Positions 26,276 to 64,000 of a DNA stretch of 64,000 nt are shown here, one piece after another. The translations under genes and the position numbers were made by a program. The stretch is from Macrostomum lignano. Lineage: Eukaryota. The first letter of the stretch is position 1, and the number at the start of each line of letters is the position of its first letter. The notes under the pieces were generated by a model. The model was not told the DNA's origin. It was given only the letters and a program-made list of their open reading frames with translations, and did not search any database. Where the stretch lies: positions 124,001 to 188,000 of the forward strand of contig NIVC01001515.1 of the NCBI GenBank assembly GCA_002269645.1, in the 5' to 3' direction.

Positions 26276-26564
26276 TTGCGCTCGTGTGTGGTACCCTGCG
26301 TGGAACGCTTGAGGCAGCGGAGGCATTGGTTATCTTCTGTGCGGCTGGCGTTGAGTGCAGCCCAATTCGTAGGCTTAGTTAATAACTATCAAGAACTTGA
26401 AGTCCGCACAACAAGGACGACAATATTTTGTTAAAATACAATCAAATACATACAACACATACAATCAAAATTGTTTTTTGGTTTTACATAACGTTTCGAT
26501 TTAATCTCATTGCAAGGTCAGTAACAGTGATTTACAGGGTCTGACAGTCGTGTCAATCTCTGCT

Positions 26565-54180
<27,616 letters not shown>

Positions 54181-54540
54181 GGCTTCAATCTGAATTTTTA
54201 TGCCCGTCTGCGTTCGAGCTGCTGTCAAACGCCTAGGAGTAAATATTGAGCGACCCGTATTGGGATTTAGCCGGCTCAACCCCTCCTCCTCCCATTTATT
54301 CCATTAGTGCGGACTGCCTGGCCCGGGTTTGAGGTTGAGGATAAGTTTACTGACTGCCCATTGGTCTGGGATTCTTGGCTGAGCTGTTTGGCGATTCTTT
54401 GGCCCGCAAATGGGGGACACGGGCCTAATGGAAATTAAAAAGTCGCCCTAACAATGCCTGTGATAGAAGGCATTGAACGTGTGGCTCACTTTCAAGTTGT
54501 CAGGCGTAATGCTTCCTATATTTTATTTTTCGATTTGAAA

Positions 54541-55236
54541 AGGAGTCGGCAAACTTCTCTTTACCTAACGGGCCAAATAGAGAACTTAGCACATGACTGC
54601 GGGGCAGAGGAGGGAATAGAGAAGAGAAAAGAGAGGGGTGAATCAAGGCGATGGAATAAAGCAGAAGAGAGGAGACGAGAGGAGAGAAGAGAGACAAAAT
54701 AGAAGAGGAAAGAGAAGAGGAGAGGAGAGGAGAGGCGAGTAGACGCGAGGAGAAGAGAGGAGAGTAAAGGAGAGGGGAAGAGAAGAGAGGAGGGGAGAGG
54801 AGAGGAGAGGAGAGGAGAGGAGAGGAGGGGAGAGGAGAGGAGATAGGTGAGTAGATGAGAGGAGAGGAGAGGAGAGGAGAGGAGAGGAGAGGAGAGGAGA
54901 GGAGAGGAGAGGAGAGGAGAGGAGAGGAGAGGAGAGGAGAGGAGAGGAGAGGAGAGGAGAGGAGAGGAGAGGAGAGGAGAGGAGAGGAGAGGAGAGGAGA
55001 GAGAGGAGAGGAGAGGAGAGGAGAGGAGAGGAGAGGAGGGACGAGGAGGGGAGAGGAGAGGAGGAGAGGAGAGGAGAGGAGAGGAGAGGAGAGGAGAGGA
55101 GAGAGGAGATGAGAGAAGAGGAGAGGAGAGGAGAGGAGAGGAGAACAAAAGAAGATGGAGAGATAAGAAAGAAGAGAGCTGAGAAGAGACACAAACCTTA
55201 AGCGTATTATTGTGAAGTTTCAAAGGAGCCGGGGAC
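54541..55236 (+). mobile_element. Second copy of the hAT-like element with a (GAGAG)n array
   Basis: AGGAGTCGGCAAACT start; ACCTAACGGGCCAAATAGAGAA..CTGCGGG and ATTGTGAAGTTTCAAAGGA flanks match 42448-43715. Confidence 0.55.
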
Positions 55237-55986
55237 CTCGAATAGAGAGGCATAGCTAGAGAGGTATAGAGGCAAAAATGTTTATAAATTTTATTATCAA
55301 AAAACTTTTCTTTATTGGTGACTACTGAGCAGTTGACGCTCAAACAGCACTACTAACAGTAGTCTGTCTAGCTTGAATCTAGTAGCTAGGATATGGCGGG
55401 AAAAATGATATTCAAAGATCGCTAAACAGCTAACTATCCTAACTAGCAATCAAAAACACTAATGACATGGCTAAGCCTGGATTTAGTTGAAAAAGGCTGT
55501 AACATTATCCAATTCTATTTTATTGGAGTCGCAATTTTATAGCGTAAATTAGCAAAATTTCTCAAAGAAAACAGTAAAAGTCCAACCCAGCAAGCAAAGC
55601 CTTGGTGACGGAACCTTGAGCCACTCCCCGTTGGTCGATGACGCCAACTTTAATTATCAGTTTCATCGCGGAGAAAAGACGCGGTGCCCAAGTGGCTTTT
55701 CTGCGCGGTATCTGCCCAGGAGAGAGAGAGAGAGAGATGCGAGCATAGATGAGCAGCGCGCGGCGACTCGGATCTCTCGAAGCTCGATCATCCTTAATAC
55801 CGACTCCCACAGGACCCTCACCGTGTAAGCAAGGCCTTACTTGGCCCAACAACCCAACGATTTATGATCCTCGAACAAGGCTAAAGCGGGCGGCCTCAGT
55901 TAGCGGGTCCCGGCCAGTAGCGATAAGGCTTTAATCTCTATGCAAACAGCGAGCTGCGTGCGAACGGCATCAGCAGCCTGGCGCTC

Positions 55987-56030
<44 letters not shown>

Positions 56031-58927
56031 GAAGAGTCTCCAGATAGTGAGAAACTGCAGCAGTGCCCGTCCTGTGTCCGCTTTCCGGGTCTTGCGTGAG
56101 TTATCACCGCCCACCCCCTATCTGCAAGACGCGAACTCTTGCTGGCCCAGTACCAATGCTGCCTCAGTGTGCCCAAGACGGACTCTCAGTGCTAGCCGGG
56201 TCGTAGTAGGAACAGTGCAGGAACACGATTCTTATTGGGAATCTTTAATCTCCATTTCATCGCGTCACAGGTTTCAAAAGGACTCCTCAATAGAGTTTAT
56301 TAAACTTAAACACCTAAGCAGTTTAGTAATTCGGGATGACTCTGACAACTTAGTGGTTTTTATTTTTTCCGTAAGCCCGTAGGCACCGCCCCATTTGTTA
56401 TTCTTTTATCTTCTGTGGTCTCATTTATCCTTGTTCATAATTACGGAGCGGCCGCGCATTTCACTCGATTTTTGGTGAGCAATCCATCAGCATCACTAGC
56501 TGAGCATGCAAATTTACTAGGGGGGGGGTACTAAATATAAAAGCCTGCTGCCTTTAATTCTTCATCGGGGTCAGCGGAGGCGCATCGTCGCAGGAAATGA
56601 GCAAATCAGTCACGAAATGAAGCCCTAGAGAGAGAGAAATGATCAGTTCTCAGTCGAATGCGGAGGACACGAAGAAGCCGATAGGCTTTTGAGAATGGGG
56701 CGGAAATTGCTATGCTCCATCTGGAAGCAACAGAAACACTGCATGCTAGCCACAGCTTTGTGCACTTTCTCTAGCTCGTCTTTCTTGAACTGATGAGTTC
56801 AGCTGGGCCGGGGGGAGCGCAGGAAAGCATGGGTTGGAGGCCTCAGCTGGGAGCTGCTCAGATTTCTGCGATAAGCCGCCATGCAGCACTGGAGAAGTGC
56901 AGCAATCTTTATTTATTATCTTTTTAATCTGGCTGGGAACCGGATCTCAGGCCAACAACTCAATTGATTTAGTTGGAAACTGCATCTCCATGACTGATGG
57001 CTTATTGACAATACGCTCTCGGTTTTTATTCGTGTTCAGGATCCCGAAGGTTCATCATGCCTGTGAGTCGGGGTCGAGTGTGTACTTTACTTATGTACAT
57101 CGGGCCACGCCCAATCAATGTGAATCGGAGGGGTGCTGCAATCTATGGTTACTGATTGCGGTTTCCAGTGACTATTTAGCTCGCAGGTTTAAGACCTAGC
57201 TCGTACATCGCAGCGGCCGGAATTTCTGACGAGAAAAGGGCGCAGCAGCTGCTTCGTTATGCGGCCGGAGAAAAACTGCAGAATGTAGTTCAGGAGAACC
57301 AGATCGCGGCAGGTGAGGGTGACAAGGACCTCGCGAAAAGCATCCAGCAACACTGGGAAGGAAAGAACAACATTTTCTTCCTCCGCTTCAAATTTGAGAC
57401 CTGTCGACAGCCCGCAGAAGAGTCAGTGGACCAGTGACACCAGCGACTGCGCAAGGCAGCGGATGCCTGCAACTTTGGACATCTGCGAGACTCTCTCATT
57501 CGCGACCCCGACTCACAATGCCTGTGAAGGTGAATGTCTCATTATTGGGGATTGATGGCTTATTAATCCGGAAGTAAAACCGTTAAATACCACGGCTAAT
57601 GCCTTAGCAACTAATCGAAAGTAGGAACTGATAGGCCGCAAGTCTGCTGCTAGCTGGTGGAGCGCAGGGGAATGGTTTAGAATTCCGCATAAGCCTAAGC
57701 TTCACTTCGAAGCTAATGGCTGGGGGCTCTGCCTTTGCTTCCTGGCTAAGGGCAATTAGCACTGTGAGCAGCGATACACCTGACTCTCTGTATCGCATTT
57801 CGGGTCCCAGGTGGGCGCATAAGTACTCTAAGTGCAATCGCTCTCCAATATTTTGTTATTTCTTCCATTTGTCAAAACAGACAGATCTCCTAGCTCTTCT
57901 AGATATCGACTTTAGCCTTTAGTATTGCATTTGGACATTTTTTCCACGTCATTGTAACTTAAATATATCTATAACTTTGTCACGTGACTATTAAAAAGTT
58001 CAATCCCGATTGGCAGTAGCAGCGGATGCACTTTAATTAAGAAAATGCCTGCATTGGCCATGGCTTAAGCCTCGGTGTTGCAGCAGCTAGCAGGCTGCCT
58101 TCTATTGTTTGCACGCGCACACAACACGAGAGAGAGAGAGAGCGAGTCACCCAGAGCTGGGCTGTCCAAACAAGGCAGCACGAGCCAATCTCAAGTAGCG
58201 CTGAAAGTCTGCAAGGTTAGCGGAATGAATTTCAGCGGATGGCCCGCTCCATCCAGCTGCATTCAGCTACGAGAGAGGGGAGAATTCTCTTCGCCAACAA
58301 AACTGCAGAGCTGCAGAATCGAGCCAAGTGCGCGCGGACTTGAAATAGGGACAAAAGTGCACGCAGAGAAAGAGAGTGCAAGTGTTTGCCAGAGAATGGA
58401 TGGGTCAGATCTAGGAGACAGACAGAGGGACCTGAAGCAGGGTGAAGAAAGTGCATTTAAGCCGCTTGTCTCTACACGAGCTGCCAATCTATAAAATCCA
58501 TCGGGGTCGGTTTTGATTGCTTTTCCGCCTCTCTTCCGCAGCCAAGGACTGAATCGGTTTTGTGCTCGTCTTCTTCGAGCTGCGCCTCTGCCAGTAGCGG
58601 AACCCCCGACCCCTGGCTGTCAGCACTGATTTCTGCCGAGCTGATTTATCTCGAAATCATTCTCTTTGATTTGAAAAATGGAAGCGACTTTGGTTTGCTT
58701 TGTCGCTACCTTTTGTTTCAATCTTCATTATCCTGGCCTGCAGCCCCTGACACCAAACTCTATGTCGATTTTTCTGCCTCCTGACAATTCCAATTTCCTG
58801 TCTTGCCTTTTCTGGTGCGCCTGACTTTTCTGCTCTTTGATTCTGCTCTCTTTTTTTGTTAATCTCTGCATAGCCTGCACTTGGCGTTGTACTTTTCATA
58901 GGGAACAAATAATCTCAGCGAACTCAC

Positions 58928-59010
58928 CCGCCTTGGTGACTGCGCGCCGCTCCGCCTGATGAATCGCTGACGTCTTCAACTAGAATTTTCACCTGCCGAG
59001 CCGTGGCCAT
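58928..59010 (-). CDS. Candidate alternative first coding exon of the DGK gene (MATARQVKILVEDVSDSSGGAARSHQG)
   Basis: ATG plus 27 open codons ending GG|GTGAGT in phase 2, matching the phase-2 acceptor of exon 50271-50160. Confidence 0.5.
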
Positions 59011-60661
59011 CCTCTTTGAGCTTTGGCCTTCTCCCGATAGAAGCAATTCGTAGATTGAGAGCTAAAGATGGGCGCGCGGCTTCTGGCCCATTAACACTCG
59101 GACAGTGCACTACTGGGCCAAGTTGGTGGGAATTATTAGGATTCTATTGGTCAGGTGTGGATGCAAAGCCCTTAGCAGCGAGTTCCAGTGCGCCGCATCG
59201 CCCCAAGGGCTTAGGTACACAGAAATTACTGAGGATGTGAGCGGAGCCAGCTGGGATTTGGGAGCCGGGCGCGATAAACTGCGCTCTGAAGTGCAGTTAT
59301 TTGAGGTTGAAAAATAGCTCACAGTCCCAATGGGCTGGCTAGGCTGGGGAATAAATGCCTGGGTGGGAATGAGGAGTCTCAAAGTGTGGGAAGTGGAAAC
59401 TGGGGGATGCAGAATGGGAGATGCAGTTCCGGGATGCTAAGCTGAGCTGCCCCCAGCCAATGGACGACAAGATGGGGGGCTGATTTCCTCAGACACTCCC
59501 ACCCCTCCCACAAGCTCCCGCAACCACCCGAGGGCGTCGACTCCCGAGGAAAGTCGCTCGGGAAAGAATGGCAACTGTCAGGCTCGGGAGGCTGCACGGG
59601 AAGCCGGCGTGAATGACGCGGCAGGAATAAGGAATCGATATTCCGGCCTGCTAGCGGCCTGCTCCAATTAGACGGTCCTCCACAGCAGACTCCATGCTCC
59701 GGTGGCCAGCCATCGCTCTGAATCTGAAATTCTATGTCGCATTTTTCAATTTTTTTGCACGCATCGGATTTCCCGCTTCCGTGAATCTCCACGCCATTGT
59801 GCTGAGCGGATGACAGAAGGCTTTATAATTGAGCAGGCTTGCCGCGGTTTACTTTTGAGTGTTCGCGTTTGCATTGAGCACGTGAAACTGCACAAGTTAA
59901 GCGGAGTACAGGTGAATAGGCTGCTTACGTCACCCCTCACGCCACCCTAGGATGGGAGCTGCGAATCCAGCAGTGCCAGCAGTCTGTGGCCTTGGATGCG
60001 CCACACTTTGGCACACCTTGCTAAATATTTCTATACTATACATGTAGCTCTGTTTATTCTTTATGATAGATGGAGGTTCTGTCATACCACGCGACTGCTT
60101 GCAGTCCGAGAAGAAGCTCATTATTTAACTCTAAGACCACAGGACGCTGCACTACAGACACTAAAAACAAGATGTGTCAACTCACTATAGATTTTTTCGC
60201 TAGATTCTTCACAAAAAGCCGGTTTCGCCTCAAGACTGTTTCACTAGGCTGATTAAAGTTTTGCTCATGTCTCGAAGCGAAAAACGATTTCGGCAAAGCT
60301 AACTTGGTAAACAGAGACAAAAAAGTCCATGATGCCGAAATTAAATGCAAATGTTTTGAGAAAAGAAATTGAAAAATCGTATTCGATTTTTCTGTGCTTT
60401 ATAATATGCGAATTGCTCAGGAGTAAATGCTCCTACTTGGATTAATTGAGCAACCGCTCACTTTTCTTACGAAAAAAGATAAAGATTTATCTCAAACTTC
60501 GAGCAGACTTTCAGCCACCCGAGCTCAGTCGATTGGAGCCATAGACAAATTGGTTATGAAATTCGGGCCTTTCCTTTTCTTTACGGTTTAAACATAGCAA
60601 TCTAGGTCTGTAGATTGTAGATTGTACCATGACCTTTGTGCCCGCTGGGCACTTATTAATA

Positions 60662-60798
60662 GTACATTAATACCTATGCTTTAAGGGCGTTAATGGGAAA
60701 ATCAGAGGGCGCCTAACGGCTAACGGCTAACGCCTAACGGCCTAACGGTGCCCTCTGATTTTCCCATTAACGCCCTTAAAGCATGGGTATTAATGTAC
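60662..60798. mobile_element. 137-bp hairpin MITE: 49-bp inverted arms (1 mismatch) around a (CTAACGG)n loop
   Basis: GTACATTAATACCTATGCTTTAAGGGCGTTAATGGGAAAATCAGAGGGC and its reverse complement at 60750-60798. Confidence 0.8.
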
Positions 60799-61330
60799 AA
60801 TACTATTCCTATGCTTTAAGGGAACGAACAAGGCTCGCCTCACAAGCAAGATATGCTAAGGTGGTAGAAAAAATGTCAACTCAATACGAAAACGCCGAGA
60901 TGCTCCACCCTTGTATGCTTAAATAAAGCCAAGAATCCAGAATGCCAAGTATGCCAGAAACTTCACACTTGCGTGAGAAAAGCGAATCAGCCTTCTGTAA
61001 TCATCCTCGCTCAAAGCATCCATAGTAAATCACTACAAGTGCACTTTTATTCGGACAGGTGCTCTTTCTGCAACAAACTCAGTCTTGCTACCAGAGCTTG
61101 AGGCCAGAGTTTACTCCGTATAGCCAGCGCCCTCTTAGCAAGCCAAGCAAATTTACTGCTGTCAAATGAGAATTCTCAATTTGGTTGGCTTAACTATTAG
61201 CTTGGCTGACCCAACCAGTACATGTATAGCATGTATCTATGGTATACCATGTAGTTTATGGTACAGTAGCAGTCGGAACTATCTAGCTTTCCCATTATAG
61301 CCCTTAAAGCCAAGTTATATGTAACGGTAA

Positions 61331-61752
61331 TATAGCTTTTGTCATGCTATCTCAGCCTAGGGACATCCAAACTCAGCCAGCCCCATTCCGCAATGCGTTT
61401 TTTGGCTCGAGCTAGTCGAGTTTTACCATAGACATGCTTCTTAAGGCCATGCTATCTCAGCCTGGGACATGCAATCTCAGCCAATATAGATTTCAATTGC
61501 AAACAGATCTCAATGCTATCATTTCTGTAACGTGACATGAAATGGCAACAAACAGCAATGAATGAACGCAGCAAGAAAAGTCAGTAAGAATCTGAAAAGT
61601 GGCTGAGATTGCATGTCCCAGGCTGAGATAGCATGGCCTTAAGAAGCATGTCTATAATAAAACTTGACTGGCTTACGTAAAAAATCGCACTGTTGAGATG
61701 GGCTGGCTGAGTTTGGATGTCTCTAGGCTGAGATAGCATGACAAATACTATA
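61331..61752. mobile_element. Foldback element: ~150-bp inverted arms, ~115-bp spacer, each arm containing two direct subrepeats
   Basis: 61338-61483 is the reverse complement of 61600-61745; subrepeat CATGCTATCTCAGCCT..GACAT.CAA.CTCAGCCA. Confidence 0.82.
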
Positions 61753-62770
61753 CAACACCCATAAAGCATGAGTATTAATTATGTTGTACCATAGACATTC
61801 GGGGAGCTTAGCGCAGGCTCTGGTGTGCCAGCGACCCAGGCTCGATTCCAAGTGCAGTCACATTAATTTGGGGCTGAATCGGAATCTCGGCTTGGCTCTG
61901 CTCGTGGAATTAACGACCTTGAGAGCCAACCCCCCAAGGCGCAGTGAAGTGTACATGTCTAACGATAATATAAAGTTAGGGCCACTGTACACTCCTGTGT
62001 GAGTGTGTGCCTGTGCGTATGTATCCGCGCGCTTGTATGCCTGCTCAGGGGAGTCGGCGGAATGGGCAGTAATGCCTCTCGCCGGTTGTGTGCCTATGTC
62101 GCTTAAAGTGCGCCAGGGTGCACACAACCCCCTGCCTCTAAAAAAACCATAGACATTCTCGCCTAAGTTGCACTTTGAGAGTGAGAGACGGAGGAACGGG
62201 GCAGGACCCACTACCATAGACTATTTTTTGTTTTCTATAAATAAGCGTCTACGAGCGTATCAGAAGCTTCCAGACAGTTAATGGAGTTAACTTCAAGCCT
62301 ACAATTTTCTGGCGGCTAATGGAGTTTTGACCATAGAAAGCTCGTTACGAGCGTATATCAACTGTTTATCATATTTTCTCTTTTGCTCAACTAGTTGGAG
62401 TTAATGGTCTAAGCATGGTCTAAACATACTACCTGGAGAGTTCTTGAATATCATTCTTATTTGATTCAATTTCAATCAAAAATCAATCTTGCACGCTGGT
62501 GAGGGTGAGGGAAGAGGGGTAAGGAGATTGCAACTGAAAGTTACGCTCGCAGTTGCCACTATAAAAAACTAAGAAACGGTTTCTCTAACCAACCCGTCAG
62601 TTCTTCCTCCCGAATATGGACATGGAAAGACAGAAGGAATGACTGCTTCCCATGTTGAACGAAATCGCTGACGACGATTTAAAGAAGCTGCTAGCGACTG
62701 ACCCGAGGTAGAGCGCAAGTCTGGATAAACTGGAGAGCCTTGATCAGTGGAAGCCTGCCGGTTCCTATTC

Positions 62771-63303
62771 TATAGCATTTTGCAGTCAAGTTTGAACTGC
62801 GGGCATTCAAATTAGACGCTTGACCAGATCTCACTGCTGGCACAAATGCTATCTATGGCCTAGACAAAATCACACTGGTGGGCACTCAATTTAGACAAGG
62901 GGCATTCAAATTAGACAAGTTCTCAGGCGCATTGGCTGGGCAATTCAAGATCGTGTTGCGTCTGTTGTACACTGATGATCTCTTGACATCCAACATGTTG
63001 GCAATTTCAGCCACAGAGTCACCACGTTGGCATGCCCCAATAATGAGGTCACGCTTCTCTCTGGAAATTCTTGCATAGCGACGAATCGGATTGTCCATGG
63101 TCTTTCTCTCTGGCACACATAGACTTTCCGCTGCTTGTCTAATTTGAATGCCCGTTGTCTAAATTGAGTGCCCGTCAGTGTGTTTCAGTTTGTGCCACAG
63201 ACATAAAGTTCTGCTTGACTTGGGGACGGATTCTGAAATTTGGCTCTTCCCTTCTTGTCTAATTTGAATGCCCGCAGTTCAAACTTGACTGCAAAATGCT
63301 ATA
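62771..63303 (-). mobile_element. Internally deleted Tc1/mariner (IS630-like) element with perfect 47-bp TIRs and a residual HTH ORF
   Basis: TIRs at 62771-62817 and 63257-63303 with TA termini; subterminal GGGCA(T/C)TCAA..TAGACAA repeats; ORF from 63098 (-) MDNPIRRYARISREKRDLIIGACQRGDSVAEIANMLDVKRSSVYN resembles a Tc1-type HTH. Confidence 0.85.
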
Positions 63304-64000
63304 TTTATTCAACAAGCATTGTGGTTGCAGTCCGATCTGGATTGCTTCGCCATCTTATGAAACTGGCACGAGTGGCCATAGACATTTAAGCCAGAAAAAC
63401 CGACCACTGAGCACCATTTGTAATATTTTTAAATCTTGCTAAGTAAACGGCCTTTCCTACCGTTTGCTGATTTTTGATGAACTTTTATAAAGTCGGAGTG
63501 AAGTCTCGTCCCTTATATAATCAGAAATTTAGCCTATGGTCCAACCGAGCTGTATAAAGCTCGCCATTAATTCCGTGACTGCAATCTGAGGGAACTCTTA
63601 GCTTAAATCATTGCTTTAGCTTTTTTAAAAAAACTTTCGACTTCTTTCTCTAACTTGTCAAAGCAGTTCATTAATTGCTTTCAGCTTAGCTTGAGAATGT
63701 TTACCCTAAAGAATTACTAGTCATATCTGCCCAGCATTTTTATTAAAGTTGCGTTACCTATTCTGTGGAATTTTCTGTGCAAAACCCCATCATTGCTTTG
63801 TTTGATTTGACTGCCAATTCAATCTGCCAATTCAAATCAGCATTGTTCTAGTGACAAAGGATTTCTAAAGTAGAGTGACGAGTAAAATGAATTGAAAGCG
63901 AAAATTTGATTGATTGAAACAACAACAAAAACTGTATTGTCAAATATTCAGATTGAATTAATGTTTTTTAGACAACGCCAATTCAAATGCAGCGTTGACG

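Noticed and set aside
57517-57542. Possible third DGK first exon (MRHSPSQA|GTGAGT, phase 2) and a 15-bp inverted repeat with 57062-57076
   Set aside because: Only 8 codons; a phase match arises by chance one time in three, and there is no other support
55500-60600. Numerous 60-140-aa ORFs on both strands
   Set aside because: No recognisable domains or consistent splice chains; the region looks like DGK 5' intronic or regulatory DNA with (GA)n tracts

Overview
Eukaryotic, intron-rich animal genomic DNA with GC-rich exons and minisatellite-filled introns. The style resembles a free-living flatworm such as Macrostomum, but that is inference. I traced every spliced model by hand using GT-AG boundaries and reading-phase continuity. 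(1) 1-1981 (-): a 5-exon KDZ (Kyakuja-Dileera-Zisupton) transposase, open across all exons and running off the left edge. Its catalytic exon is absent from the ORF track. (2) 7646-21039 (+): a 12-exon ASAP-family ArfGAP (BAR-PH-ArfGAP-ANK-Pro-rich, 972 aa). Intron 5 holds an antisense 3-exon orphan gene of about 742 aa. (3) 26565-54180 (-): a 21-22-exon type IV diacylglycerol kinase (DGK zeta/iota/rdgA-like), with a candidate alternative first exon at 58928-59010 and an intronless FABP gene nested antisense in intron 2. The window also contains CORE-type tRNA SINEs (one with a 15-bp TSD), several MITE/foldback elements, a deleted Tc1-like element and more than 20 tandem arrays. The most unusual pattern is that several intronic minisatellites are tandem amplifications of the host gene's own splice signals (exon end plus donor, or branch point plus AG|GT).
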